Shown here piece by piece: positions 20,883-31,233 of a stretch of 64,000 nt of DNA (position 1 is its first letter; each line of letters opens with the position of its first letter). Below the pieces are notes generated by a model. The model was not told the DNA's origin, did no database searches, and saw only the letters and a program-made list of their open reading frames with translations. Position numbers and translations under genes: made by a program. The stretch is from Rhodospirillaceae bacterium (GTDB lineage: Bacteria; Pseudomonadota; Alphaproteobacteria; JAEUKQ01). The stretch lies in assembly GCA_016722635.1 (NCBI GenBank), contig JADKIX010000011.1, positions 319,760 through 383,759 of the forward strand. The letters are read 5' to 3'.

Positions 20883-22139
20883 CTATTGATTCATCGAGGC
20901 AAAAAAGTCGGCATTATTTTTGGTTAAGCGCAGCTTATCTAATAAAAACTCCATGCCATCAATTGCTCCCATCGGCATGAGGATGCGGCGTAAGACCCAC
21001 ATTTTAGAAAGGGTTGCCTTATCCACCAACAACTCTTCCTTACGTGTCCCTGATTTGGTGATGTCAATGGCCGGGAAGGTCCTTTTATCTGAAAGTTTAC
21101 GGTCAAGAATGATTTCTGAATTTCCCGTACCCTTAAATTCCTCAAAAATAACCTCATCCATGCGGCTGCCAGTATCAATCAAGGCGGTCGCGATAATGGT
21201 TAACGACCCACCTTCTTCAATGTTACGTGCGGCGCCGAAAAAGCGTTTGGGGCGTTGCAAGGCATTCGCATCCACACCCCCGGTTAAAACTTTACCCGAA
21301 GATGGCACAACTGTATTATAAGCACGGGCAAGCCTGGTGATCGAATCAAGCAAAATCACCACATCCTTTTTATGTTCAACCAACCTTTTGGCTTTTTCAA
21401 TAACCATTTCAGCAACCTGCACATGCCTTGCCGCCGGTTCATCAAAGGTTGAACTGACCACTTCGCCTTTGACCGATCTGGCCATATCCGTCACTTCTTC
21501 TGGACGTTCATCGATGAGTAAAACGATCAAATAACATTCCGGGTGGTTTTGGGCGATGGCATGGGCAATGTTTTGCAACATAACGGTTTTGCCGGTTCTT
21601 GGTGGGGCAACAATCAGCGCCCGTTGGCCTTTGCCAAGCGGGGCAATCAGATCCGTGATACGGGTGGTTAAATCCTTGCGGTTGGGATTCTCAATTTCGC
21701 ATTTCAACCGCTCATCAGGATAAAGCGGGGTTAAATTGTCGAAATTGATCCGGTGGCGGACTTTTTCCGGCTGATCAAAATTGATGGTATTGATTTTCAG
21801 CATGGCGAAATAACGCTCGCCATCATTGGGGGCGCGAATCTGGCCTTCGACAATGTCGCCAGTCCTTAAAGCAAATCTTTTGATTTGGCTGGGGCTGACA
21901 TAAATGTCGTCAGGCCCTGGCAAGTAATTGGCCTCAGGCGAGCGCAAAAACCCAAAACCATCTTGCAAAACCTCAAGCACGCCGTCGCCGAAAATAGGTG
22001 CGCCATTCTCGGCGGTTTTCTTTAAAATGCCAAACATAATGTCTTGTTTACGCATCGTGCTGGCGTTTTCTATTTGTAATTCTTCAGCAAAAGCTAACAG
22101 CTCTGCCGGTGACTTCTTTTTCAGTTCTTCAAGATTCAT
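20883..22139 (-). CDS. rho: transcription termination factor Rho
   Basis: N-terminal RNA-binding domain, Walker A PRTGKT, full length 418 aa. Confidence 0.95.
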   Translation of the reverse strand: MNLEELKKKSPAELLAFAEELQIENASTMRKQDIMFGILKKTAENGAPIFGDGVLEVLQDGFGFLRSPEANYLPGPDDIYVSPSQIKRFALRTGDIVEGQIRAPNDGERYFAMLKINTINFDQPEKVRHRINFDNLTPLYPDERLKCEIENPNRKDLTTRITDLIAPLGKGQRALIVAPPRTGKTVMLQNIAHAIAQNHPECYLIVLLIDERPEEVTDMARSVKGEVVSSTFDEPAARHVQVAEMVIEKAKRLVEHKKDVVILLDSITRLARAYNTVVPSSGKVLTGGVDANALQRPKRFFGAARNIEEGGSLTIIATALIDTGSRMDEVIFEEFKGTGNSEIILDRKLSDKRTFPAIDITKSGTRKEELLVDKATLSKMWVLRRILMPMGAIDGMEFLLDKLRLTKNNADFFASMNQ

Positions 22140-22339
22140 GAAATTTTAAACTATAACCATTAAGGTGTGTGAAATGATAATGTCTTGTTTGCCGTTACAA
22201 AGCTCAGATTATTGATCGTATAAATCAACGTAACGCAAGACGTTTTTGATGGGGGATAACAGATGATATATATTCTTCCACTGCTAGTAGCTGAAAAATA
22301 AAGGGATGTCAAAGGGAAAATAAGCTATTGCTTGCAAAA

Positions 22340-22771
22340 TCATGAAAATTTGAAAACGGCGCAAATGACGATGCCAATCAGCAGCAAGGTTGGTATCTCG
22401 TTAACGAGCTTATAGAATCTAGGGTTATGACGATTGCGGTCATGGGCAAAATCACGTTGCCAGCGGATACAAAAGATATGCATCAGCTGCAACCCCATTA
22501 CCAAAGCTAGTTTGACATAAATCCATGATTCGTGCCAATGCTGTCCCAACCATACCAAAGTAAATCCTAAAACCCAAGTCAGGATCATGGCTGGATTGAT
22601 AATCACTTTTAGTAAGCGACGTTCCATCACCTTAAATATCTCAGCGGGTTGGTTGGTTGCAAGCAGCGTGGCGTGATACGCGAAAAGCCTTGGCAGATAC
22701 AACATACCTGCCATCCAAGCAACAACAAAAACCAAATGGAACACTTTCACCCATAAATAAATTTCGTCCAT
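22340..22771 (-). CDS. hemJ: protoporphyrinogen IX oxidase HemJ; start at MDEIYLW, coupled to the hemH stop via TGATG
   Basis: about 143 aa, 4-TM HemJ/UPF0093 pattern (FAGMLYLPRLFAYHA); sits in the heme cluster. Confidence 0.65.
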   Translation of the reverse strand: MDEIYLWVKVFHLVFVVAWMAGMLYLPRLFAYHATLLATNQPAEIFKVMERRLLKVIINPAMILTWVLGFTLVWLGQHWHESWIYVKLALVMGLQLMHIFCIRWQRDFAHDRNRHNPRFYKLVNEIPTLLLIGIVICAVFKFS

Positions 22772-23838
22772 CACGGCTGACCTTTCAACTGGGTACGCTG
22801 ATAGCATCCACTTTTGGAAGACGGGCAGTATCCTTCCAAAGAACAGCTTGTTATAGAGGACTTCGACCGCATGGCCTGTTCCGTTAAATTGGCAAGCCCC
22901 TGGATAAATATCTCATCGATACCCACCGTCGGTAGCCGCCTGTAAAAAGCAGCACCTGCTTCTAAAGCTAAATCCCGGTAAGTGATATCCAGTTCAACCA
23001 GCGTTTCCGAGTGCTCCGACACAAAGGAAATCGGCACAATAATCAGTCCCTGATGCTGGTTGCTAAGCTCGCGGATTACATTCTCGCTATAAGGCTTTAG
23101 CCAAAGCACCGGGCCGACGCGGCTTTGATAGGTGATTTGCCATTGATCTGGTCGCAACCCTGCTTTTTCCGCCACTGCCGCAGCAGACGTGGCAATATGG
23201 ACATCATAGGGGTCACCTTGCTCCACAATTTTTTGAGGTAAGCCGTGGGCAGAAAAAAGGACTCGATAGGGCGTTCCTGGAAAATCCCGCTGCAACTGGA
23301 CCATTTCTTTTTGTAATGATTTTGCCATAACTTCCGTAAAACCAGACAACGTTGGATAACAGCAAACACTGGTTACGGAAGCGAGATGCCCCTGTTTTTT
23401 CCAAGTTTTTTGCCAATTGTCTAAGGAAGAAGCGGTGGTGGTAGTCGAAAATTGGGGGTACAAGGGCAAGGCGATGATTTGGTTTGGGTCGAAGTCCTTG
23501 ACTTGGCTCGCCACCTGCTGGCTGAAGGGATGCCAGTAACGCATGGAGATAAAAACCTTTACGGTATCTTTTAAAAAATTTTGCCTCAGTTTATTTTCCA
23601 GCGCCTCTGCTTGTTCTTGCGTATTTGCCAAAATCGGGCTGCCTCCGCCCAGATAGCTATAAATTTTTTTTGCTTTCTTTTGCCGACGCCAGGTGATGAA
23701 TTTGGCTAATAAAAAGCGAATCGGTTGGGGGGCTTTAATAATCGCTTTGTCCGAAAATAAATTATATAAAAAGCCGGAAACCGCTTTTTGGTTATCTGGC
23801 CCACCTAAATTGAATAAAATAACCGCAATACGCGCCAT
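22771..23838 (-). CDS. hemH: ferrochelatase
   Basis: ferrochelatase motifs (LFSAHGLP, ...ISFVSEHSETL). Confidence 0.9.
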   Translation of the reverse strand: MARIAVILFNLGGPDNQKAVSGFLYNLFSDKAIIKAPQPIRFLLAKFITWRRQKKAKKIYSYLGGGSPILANTQEQAEALENKLRQNFLKDTVKVFISMRYWHPFSQQVASQVKDFDPNQIIALPLYPQFSTTTTASSLDNWQKTWKKQGHLASVTSVCCYPTLSGFTEVMAKSLQKEMVQLQRDFPGTPYRVLFSAHGLPQKIVEQGDPYDVHIATSAAAVAEKAGLRPDQWQITYQSRVGPVLWLKPYSENVIRELSNQHQGLIIVPISFVSEHSETLVELDITYRDLALEAGAAFYRRLPTVGIDEIFIQGLANLTEQAMRSKSSITSCSLEGYCPSSKSGCYQRTQLKGQP

Positions 23839-24869
23839 TACTTTTTTCCTGATTTAACCAGATCAACTAATTGGTATACATTTTCCAATGGCGTTTGCGG
23901 AAGGATGCCGTGGCCTAAATTGAAGATAAACTTTTCCTTACCCATTTTTTGTATAATATTTTGTACATCATTCTTTAAATTCCCTATATCCCCAACTAAG
24001 CTAAACGGATCTAGGTTTCCTTGGATGATATAAGATCGTTTAGCTGCCGCTTGCAGGGATGTTAGCGGAACGGAACTATCGATGCTGATTGCATCGGCCT
24101 TTAATTGTTGCATATGGGGTGAATAATTCCAATAGCCGCCTTTTGGGAAGACAATAACAGGCGTTTTAGGAAACTCCTTTTTTATTTCTTGTATAATGTA
24201 GGAGGTGGGGTTTATTCCCCATTCCTTCATGGCCTCCGCTGAAAGCAGTCCTATCCAGCTATCAAAAAGTTGGACTATTTCAACGCCTGCCCTAATTTGC
24301 TCGGATAAATACCAGATGATTGCTTCCGACAATGTTTTAATTAATTGTTTAAATATCTGAGGTTTTTGGTAAGCAAGCAAGCGCGTATTAAAAAAATCCT
24401 TACTAGAACCTTGATCAATCATATAACAAGCCAAGGTCCACGGACAACCTGAAAACCCTATAAAAGTTGTTTCTGCAGGTAATTGGCTTTTGACAAGCTT
24501 TATGGTATCAAATACGGGACTTAATTTTTCTGTGAATGCCTGTTTTAAAAACGATAGAGGTTTTTCCGCGTTTTCAAGGGGGGAAAGTTTAGGCCCTATG
24601 CCTTCCACAAAAGTCACTTCTTGTCCAAAAGCGTAAGGGATAACCAATATATCAGAAAATAAGATTGCACCATCAAAACCAAATCTTCTAATTGGTTGTA
24701 AGGTTGCTTCCGCCGCAAGTTCTGCGTTTAGGCAAAAATCCATGAAGTTTTTAGCTTGCCCGCGTAATTTTCTATATTCGGGAAGGTATCTGCCAGCTTG
24801 GCGCATTAACCATACAGATGGGCGGGTGTTTTCATTGGTAAAAGTTAAAAGTAATTCTTTTTTCATCAT
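23838..24869 (-). CDS. hemE: uroporphyrinogen decarboxylase
   Basis: N-terminal PxWxMRQAGRYLPEY signature. Confidence 0.92.
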   Translation of the reverse strand: MMKKELLLTFTNENTRPSVWLMRQAGRYLPEYRKLRGQAKNFMDFCLNAELAAEATLQPIRRFGFDGAILFSDILVIPYAFGQEVTFVEGIGPKLSPLENAEKPLSFLKQAFTEKLSPVFDTIKLVKSQLPAETTFIGFSGCPWTLACYMIDQGSSKDFFNTRLLAYQKPQIFKQLIKTLSEAIIWYLSEQIRAGVEIVQLFDSWIGLLSAEAMKEWGINPTSYIIQEIKKEFPKTPVIVFPKGGYWNYSPHMQQLKADAISIDSSVPLTSLQAAAKRSYIIQGNLDPFSLVGDIGNLKNDVQNIIQKMGKEKFIFNLGHGILPQTPLENVYQLVDLVKSGKK

Positions 24870-25005
24870 TAATATTTATATAAATAATATTAGTATTGGT
24901 AGTAGGGGGACATAAAAACGGGAAAAAAATTTTATTAGAATAATATAAACAACCTTATCATTAATTTTTTTTATATAATATAGCTGTTAAACTGCGTTAG
25001 GGAGG

Positions 25006-25024
25006 GTTATCCAACTTATCCACC
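25006..25024 (+). promoter_or_regulatory. tandem DnaA boxes TTATCCAAC and TTATCCACC
   Basis: two 8/9 matches to TTATCCACA, one nucleotide apart. Confidence 0.55.
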
Positions 25025-25105
25025 AGTCTAATAAAAAAATATCCCCTTGTGAATAGATCAATGGATGAAATGTTGATAAAAGGGAAGAGAAAACAACGCG
25101 GGGTA

Positions 25106-25114
25106 TTTATCCAC
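25106..25114 (+). promoter_or_regulatory. DnaA box TTATCCACA (perfect)
   Basis: exact 9-mer consensus. Confidence 0.6.
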
Positions 25115-25165
25115 AGTTTGTTAGAGATGCTAAAAAAGAACGATTTAAAATAACAGGAAAAATAA

Positions 25166-25756
25166 ATGGCTAACATCGTTTTGGCATCAGGCAGCAAGAT
25201 TCGGTCCATTTTGCTTAAAAATGCTGGCGTTAGGTTTAAAGTCCAAGCGGCGGATATTGATGAAAACAAACTTCGCCAGGCAATCGCCACCAAGCCAATC
25301 CACCCTAAAAAAATGTCTTATATACTAGCCTTAGAAAAAGCTTGGAACGTCTCGGCGTTGGTAAAAAACAGCTATGTTATCGGGGCTGACCAATTGCTGG
25401 TTGTCCAAGAAAAGATTTTTGAAAAACCTGGAACTGAGAAAAAGGCCGTGCAACAATTGTTGGAACTTGCGGGTAAAACCCATCAATTGTGGACAAGTTG
25501 TGTTGTTGTTAAAGACGGGAAAGAACGATGGCATTACACCGCCAAAGCCTCGATGAAACTGGCCAGCCTTTCCCCAGCTTTTATAAAGGGTTATATTAAA
25601 CGTAACCCATGGGTGGTTAATTGTGTGGGTTCTTACCAATTGGAAGGAGAGGGGATCCAATTTTTCCAGAAAATTAGGGGTGACTATTTTTCCATTCTCG
25701 GATTACCATTGCATCCTTTGATCCTTTTCTTAAAAAAAGAACTATTACTAAGATAA
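25166..25756 (+). CDS. maf: Maf-like nucleotide pyrophosphatase / septum formation protein
   Basis: N-terminal LASGSKIRS motif, about 196 aa. Confidence 0.85.
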   Translation: MANIVLASGSKIRSILLKNAGVRFKVQAADIDENKLRQAIATKPIHPKKMSYILALEKAWNVSALVKNSYVIGADQLLVVQEKIFEKPGTEKKAVQQLLELAGKTHQLWTSCVVVKDGKERWHYTAKASMKLASLSPAFIKGYIKRNPWVVNCVGSYQLEGEGIQFFQKIRGDYFSILGLPLHPLILFLKKELLLR

Positions 25757-25779
25757 TTAGAGGAAAAAATCGGCAAACT

Positions 25780-26397
25780 ATGAAAATATTTGGGTTAACA
25801 GGAAATATGGCGACCGGCAAAACCACCTTGGCCAAAATCTTACAGCAGAAAAAAATTCCTGTTTTTGAAGCAGACAAACAAGTTAAATTTTTACAAAGCC
25901 AGTCGCAGGCAATTCGGACGCTTTTGGCCAAAAAAGGCTTGGTTGCAGATGCAGAAAAGCCAATCTCTTCTAAACAGATGCGGGAATTAATTTTACAATC
26001 TCCCCACCTTTTAAAGGAGTTGGAAGCCATATATCATCCGGCGGTCCATATTTTGGAAACGAAATTCATTAGGCAAGCGCATCGGCAACGGCGAAAAGTC
26101 ATTTTCCTAGATATCCCGTTGTTGTTTGAGGTGGCAGATTACCAAGGTCGGTTTGATGCTATTTTTTTATCCTATGTCCCACCCTCTATCCAAAAACAAC
26201 GGGCTTTCAAAAGAAAGAATATGACGGCAGAATGGTTCTCATTCATTGACTCCCAGCAATTGCCGTCTAGATGGAAAATGAAACACTCCCAGGCGGTTAT
26301 CACAACTGGCCTGACTTTAAGGAGTAGCCGCTGGCAATTCCTTAGCAAACTAAAAGCCTTTTTAAGCCAGAAATCTTCTTATCAGAAATATCCTTAA
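25780..26397 (+). CDS. coaE: dephospho-CoA kinase
   Basis: P-loop GLTGNMATGKTT. Confidence 0.85.
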   Translation: MKIFGLTGNMATGKTTLAKILQQKKIPVFEADKQVKFLQSQSQAIRTLLAKKGLVADAEKPISSKQMRELILQSPHLLKELEAIYHPAVHILETKFIRQAHRQRRKVIFLDIPLLFEVADYQGRFDAIFLSYVPPSIQKQRAFKRKNMTAEWFSFIDSQQLPSRWKMKHSQAVITTGLTLRSSRWQFLSKLKAFLSQKSSYQKYP

Positions 26398-26407
26398 GGA
26401 ATACAAA

Positions 26408-27091
26408 ATGCGCGAAATTATCTTGGATACCGAAACAACAGGATTGGATCCAGAAAAAGGGGATCGGGTAATTGAAATTGCTTGCCTGGAGTTGCTTAAT
26501 CACTTGCCCACCGGACGGTCCCTGCAATATTATATAAATCCCGAGAGGCTGGTCCCAGCCGATGCAGTGGCTATTCATGGCATTACGAGCGAATTTCTAT
26601 TAGGTAAACCGAAATTTCCCGAAATAATAGGAGGTTTCCTTGAATTTATTGCAGACTCGCCTTTTGTTATCCATAATGCAGACTTTGATATCCGTTTTCT
26701 CAATGCAGAATTGGCCCGGGTTAAACATCCGCCTTTTCCCTTATCCCGCAGCGTGGATACGATCATATTGGCCCGTCAAAAATTTCCAGGTGCCCCGGCA
26801 AGTTTAGACGCTTTATGCAGACGGTTTAATATTGACACAAGTCACCGGGCAAAACATGGAGCATTGGTTGATTGTCAATTATTGGCTCAAGTTTATTTGG
26901 AATTGCGGGGGGGAAGACAAAAAGGTTTTGCCTTGGATTCCCTTGAATCTTCCCATAATTCTTTAGCTAAGCCACAAGCGCGGAAAAATTTTTCAAGGAA
27001 ATTAATCATTCCCTCTTCCCCCCAAGAGGATGCGGATCACCAGCATGTCCTGCAAAAATTGCGTAAGGCACTATGGCTCCAGCTAAAATAA
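26408..27091 (+). CDS. dnaQ: DNA polymerase III subunit epsilon (3'-5' exonuclease)
   Basis: Exo I motif ILDTETTG, Exo III HGALVD. Confidence 0.9.
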   Translation: MREIILDTETTGLDPEKGDRVIEIACLELLNHLPTGRSLQYYINPERLVPADAVAIHGITSEFLLGKPKFPEIIGGFLEFIADSPFVIHNADFDIRFLNAELARVKHPPFPLSRSVDTIILARQKFPGAPASLDALCRRFNIDTSHRAKHGALVDCQLLAQVYLELRGGRQKGFALDSLESSHNSLAKPQARKNFSRKLIIPSSPQEDADHQHVLQKLRKALWLQLK

Positions 27092-27108
27092 TCGTCAATT
27101 CTTAATTT

Positions 27109-27654
27109 TTATTGTATTGAGGCGCTTTCCGCAGAAGGGTTGGTTAGCTGGCGTTGACGTTCCTGGTACAACGCTGCAAAATCAATCGGTTGCAATTGGG
27201 GCAACGGAATGACCCCATCCCTTGAAAGGTTCATGATAATTTGCCTGGCAAAGGGGAATAACATCCGAGGGGCTTCAATCATCAATAAGGGTTCAATTGC
27301 CTCAACTGGCACTGATTGCAAATGGAATAAACCAGCATATTCAATTTCTGCTAAGCATTTGAATTTCTCTTGGACAGTAGATTCAATTAAAATCTTCAAG
27401 ATCACTTCAAAATCGCTAGTGTTAAATTGTGCGACCCGGATATCAAATTTTATATTCCCTTTGGGGGTTTTAACGCCTTGTTGCAGAATTTCAACTGCAT
27501 TTGGATTCTCAAAAGACAAATCTTTCAAATATTGCGAAACTAACGTAAAACTGGGACCCTTCTTTTCCCTATCAACCCCTTCGACCTTCGCCGAAGGTGC
27601 CGGGACTGCTTCTTTATCAACGGCGTTTTTGGGGGCGCGTGCATTTTCTGTCAT
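27109..27654 (-). CDS. secB: protein-export chaperone SecB
   Basis: SecB core (FTLVSQYLKDLSFENP), acidic C-terminus. Confidence 0.85.
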   Translation of the reverse strand: MTENARAPKNAVDKEAVPAPSAKVEGVDREKKGPSFTLVSQYLKDLSFENPNAVEILQQGVKTPKGNIKFDIRVAQFNTSDFEVILKILIESTVQEKFKCLAEIEYAGLFHLQSVPVEAIEPLLMIEAPRMLFPFARQIIMNLSRDGVIPLPQLQPIDFAALYQERQRQLTNPSAESASIQ

Positions 27655-27939
27655 GTACCATATTCCCTAACAATAATAACTTTACAAAAAGAAGTTCAAC
27701 AACCCTTATGCCCGAACCTGTTTTTTTTAGCAAGTATCTTGATATATTAGGCTTTACCCGAGATATTATTCACTGAACTGATGTGGCAAAATACTAAATC
27801 AAGAAATCAATCCATATAATGTGGGCGGATTTTTGAACAATACAATTTGCCTTTTCCGCGGTATTTGCTAAAATCCTCAGAGAAAATTGGGGTGTTTAAA
27901 AGCCCTTTATGTTTAAAATTGTACTGTAGAATCAAACAA

Positions 27940-28623
27940 ATGACAAATACAGATTGGCTTCAAATCATTATTTTCGCTGCTATCGCCCTATTCTTCTTTT
28001 TTCGGCTGCGTAGTGTGTTAGGACAAAAAACCGGCGAAGAACATAAACATGGCAAGATATTGACCCCCAAATCCCTAAGGCCAGTGCCCCTAAGGCCGCA
28101 GGATCAGGTGGCGGTAAAGGATAAAATAGACAGTGATCAAGAAATCGCTTCTTTACTGACGGGGCAAGACCAGGTAGCTGATTTAAAAAAACTGCAAACT
28201 ATTTCCCCTGCTTTTCAGCCTAGTTCCTTTTTAAAAGGTGCTAAAATCGCTTTTGAATCGGTTCTGCATGCCTACGCCGAAGGGGATACTAAAACGCTAA
28301 AATCCTTGGTGGATCAAGAAATTTTTGATGCTTTTGCTGGGTCTATTGCTGAGCGCCAAAATAAAGGCCAGCAACAGCAAACCATGATTGTGGCGATTAA
28401 TGATGCGAAAATCGAATCAATTAAAATTGAAAACGGTCAAGCATTCATCACGGTTTTGATAATTTCGGAGCAAATTAATGTTGTTCGCAACCAAGATGGC
28501 CAAGTGATAGAGGGGGATGCAACGGCTGTCAGGAACATTCGCGACCTTTGGACTTTCCGCAAGGATTTGCGTAATATGGATCCGAATTGGCTGTTGGTGG
28601 CCACCCATAATGCCGAAGATTAG
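27940..28623 (+). CDS. Tim44-like domain membrane protein; start at MTNTDWL, ORF open from 27847
   Basis: N-terminal TM helix plus C-terminal Tim44/NTF2-like region; conserved neighbour of secB in alphaproteobacteria. Confidence 0.65.
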   Translation: MTNTDWLQIIIFAAIALFFFFRLRSVLGQKTGEEHKHGKILTPKSLRPVPLRPQDQVAVKDKIDSDQEIASLLTGQDQVADLKKLQTISPAFQPSSFLKGAKIAFESVLHAYAEGDTKTLKSLVDQEIFDAFAGSIAERQNKGQQQQTMIVAINDAKIESIKIENGQAFITVLIISEQINVVRNQDGQVIEGDATAVRNIRDLWTFRKDLRNMDPNWLLVATHNAED

Positions 28624-29881
28624 ACGCTTTTTATCGCGCCATCCGATTGCCGTCGTCCTTTTTATGTGTCTGCTAGTTTTGGGAACGTGGCTATGGATTA
28701 AAGACCGGCCGTCATCCGTGCCAGTGACTCTTTTACCGCAAAAAATATGGGTAACCCCTATATCATTCCAGCAATTGCCGGGTTGGTCACAAGATAATAT
28801 TAGCGAAATCATTCCGGCTTTAGAGAATTCTTGCGCAAAATATAAAAAACTGGCACCAGAGCGATCAGTAGGCAGTGCCGATTGGCGGATAAAAGTGGCA
28901 GATTGGTTACCGCTTTGCCAAGAATTAGGCCTTATAGGCCCTAGCTTTTCGGATGTCGTAAAGTTTCTTGAAAAATGGTTGCAACCCTTTGCTTTGCAAC
29001 CATTTCAACCTATACCCGGGCTTTTCACCGGTTATTATGAACCAGAAATTCAGGGATCAACGCTTCCCGATGCCAAGCACCAAATTCCCCTTTACCGTGT
29101 CCCCGATGATTTGATTATCGTTGATCTCGGTAAATTTAGGGAAGAATGGCAGAACCAACAAATTATCGGTCGGATTACGGATGGGACGCTTCAGCCTTAT
29201 TATACCCGTGAACAAATCGCCCAAGGTGCCCTAAAAGGCAAAGGGCAAGAAATTATCTGGCTACAGGATAGGATTGATGGGTTTTTCTTGGAAATTCAGG
29301 GATCAGGGGTAATCAGGTTACCCGATAATCAACAGATTCGAGTAGGCTATGCTGGCAAAAACGGCCATCCTTACCGAGCGGTCGGTGCCAAATTCATCCA
29401 AGACGGAATCCTAACCCGGGAACAGGTCAGTTTACAATCCATCCGCGAGTGGCTTAGCCGTCATCCGGAACAGCAGCAAAAGTTCATGGATTTTAACCCG
29501 AGCTATGTTTTTTTCAACCTTCTACCCTCTGATATAAAGGGTGCAATTGGCGCACAAGGGGTGGTTCTGACGGCTGGCCGCAGTATGGCGGTTGATCCGG
29601 TTTATATTCCCTTAGGAACATTGCTTTGGCTTGATAGTACTTGGCCATTTGTCCCAAAGGGGGCGGGCGAGAGCGGTAACCCTGTGCTAGAAAGAAAATT
29701 GCAACGATTGATGATCGCCCAGGATACAGGGGGGGCAATTAAAGGACCGATTCGGGGGGATGTTTTTTGGGGGACGGGTGAGGCTGCAGGGAACATTGCT
29801 GGTTATATGAAACAAAACGGCACCTATTATCTGATTGTCCCTAAAACAATTCCGATCCCAGCTGAATTAACAGTTAAGTAA
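28610..29881 (+). CDS. mltA: membrane-bound lytic murein transglycosylase A; start at MPKIRRF, ORF open from 28517
   Basis: MltA domain and 3D domain; signal/TM N-terminus. Confidence 0.8.
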   Translation: MPKIRRFLSRHPIAVVLFMCLLVLGTWLWIKDRPSSVPVTLLPQKIWVTPISFQQLPGWSQDNISEIIPALENSCAKYKKLAPERSVGSADWRIKVADWLPLCQELGLIGPSFSDVVKFLEKWLQPFALQPFQPIPGLFTGYYEPEIQGSTLPDAKHQIPLYRVPDDLIIVDLGKFREEWQNQQIIGRITDGTLQPYYTREQIAQGALKGKGQEIIWLQDRIDGFFLEIQGSGVIRLPDNQQIRVGYAGKNGHPYRAVGAKFIQDGILTREQVSLQSIREWLSRHPEQQQKFMDFNPSYVFFNLLPSDIKGAIGAQGVVLTAGRSMAVDPVYIPLGTLLWLDSTWPFVPKGAGESGNPVLERKLQRLMIAQDTGGAIKGPIRGDVFWGTGEAAGNIAGYMKQNGTYYLIVPKTIPIPAELTVK

Positions 29882-29934
29882 GCAGATGCCTTGTTACGTA
29901 CTGTGACCCAAAGCAATGAGAATAATTTTTAGAA

Positions 29935-30504
29935 ATGACCCAAAGAAAATCAAGCAAATCGATCGTAGAGCCAGATGGCAAGCTTTGGGAACAGGTTGTT
30001 AAAAATGTCCAGCCCCTTAAAAACAAGGGAATAAAAATTTTGCTAAGCGTTCCCCAAGAAATTCTAGCCCTTCCAATCATTCGTTCCCCAAGAAAAAAAC
30101 CTATTATTGACAGACAACCGGTCGTGCGATCGCAGCCTAACCCTCAACCTTCCTTATCCGTTGGGGATCTGCAGCAATTGGATCGTAGCCTGCAGCAAAA
30201 GATGAAGCGGGGCGAATTAACCATTTCTGCGACCTTGGATTTGCATGGCCTAACCCAGGATAGGGCGATTGCCCGGTTAACCTCCTTTCTTAATCAAGCT
30301 TACGCGCAGCAAAACCGTTGTGTGTTAGTGATTACCGGTAAAGGGGCAGGGGGGTTAAAAGCGGGAGTTTTACAACAGGGTGTACCCAAATGGCTGAATA
30401 CCCAACCCCTTCGTGCCATCATCCTGGCTTTTTGCTACGCCCAGCGGAATCAAGGGGGGCAAGGGGCGTTATATGTTTTACTGAAAAGAAATAAACTTTT
30501 ATAA
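29935..30504 (+). CDS. Smr domain protein (MutS2 C-terminal nuclease-like)
   Basis: Smr motif LDLHGLTQDRA...VITGKG. Confidence 0.75.
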   Translation: MTQRKSSKSIVEPDGKLWEQVVKNVQPLKNKGIKILLSVPQEILALPIIRSPRKKPIIDRQPVVRSQPNPQPSLSVGDLQQLDRSLQQKMKRGELTISATLDLHGLTQDRAIARLTSFLNQAYAQQNRCVLVITGKGAGGLKAGVLQQGVPKWLNTQPLRAIILAFCYAQRNQGGQGALYVLLKRNKLL

Positions 30505-30525
30505 AAAGGTAAGGATGACGAGGAA

Positions 30526-31173
30526 ATGGGTATTCAAAAAAAAATAGATAAACCTGCCAAGCAACATTTGACCCTATATAGCCATCCTGATTCAGGGCAT
30601 TGTTACAAAGTTAAGTTAATGATGGCAATTGCGGGCTTGGCCCATGACTATCAAATCATCGATATTAATATCCCGCGGCCGCAAAGGCCGGAGTCTTTTA
30701 GAAAACTAGCAAAATTCGGGGAAGTGCCTTTACTAACCGCTGGTCAACAAGCTTATGTCCAATCCAATGCGATTTTGATGTTTTTAGCAAATCTCACCAA
30801 AAAATTTGGGGCAGAGAATGAAATATTGCTGTCAAAAGTACGGGAATGGCTGTTCTGGGAGGCTAACCGCTTGGGTTTTAGCCTGCCTAATTTGCGCTAT
30901 GCCCGGCGTTTCGCACCACAAAATTATCCGGCAGGCGCTATTTCTTGGATTGAAGGGCGGTATAAAACAGATATTAGCCGTTTAGAAGAAGAATTGGCGG
31001 ATGGAAGAACTTTTATCACCGGAGAAAAGCTAACAATAGCTGATTTTTCCTTGTGCGGATACTTATTTTGGGCAGAACAAGCCGAGGTTGATGTACCTCG
31101 AAAGGTTCAACAATGGCTGCAACGAATAAGCAAGATTCCAGGTTGGGGACACCCAGACATCTTATTGAAATAA
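30526..31173 (+). CDS. glutathione S-transferase family protein
   Basis: thioredoxin-like N-domain (TLYSHPDSGHCYKV) plus helical C-domain. Confidence 0.75.
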   Translation: MGIQKKIDKPAKQHLTLYSHPDSGHCYKVKLMMAIAGLAHDYQIIDINIPRPQRPESFRKLAKFGEVPLLTAGQQAYVQSNAILMFLANLTKKFGAENEILLSKVREWLFWEANRLGFSLPNLRYARRFAPQNYPAGAISWIEGRYKTDISRLEEELADGRTFITGEKLTIADFSLCGYLFWAEQAEVDVPRKVQQWLQRISKIPGWGHPDILLK

Positions 31174-31233
31174 TAACCAAAAGGCTACACAATCTATAAA
31201 CTCTATTGTCCAGCCTTTATTCTTTTCATTAGC

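Larger units (their letters stand above)
24870..25165. other. oriC: candidate chromosomal replication origin (oriC): AT-rich hemE-maf intergenic region with clustered DnaA boxes
   Basis: AT-rich unwinding-element-like stretch at 24870-24960 plus the DnaA boxes listed below; hemE-adjacent position matches the conserved alphaproteobacterial origin. Confidence 0.6.

Noticed and set aside
24958-24990. CtrA-binding TTAA-N7-TTAA motifs in the candidate origin
   Set aside because: The TTAA occurrences do not have the N7 spacing, so there is no evidence for CtrA control of this origin from sequence alone.
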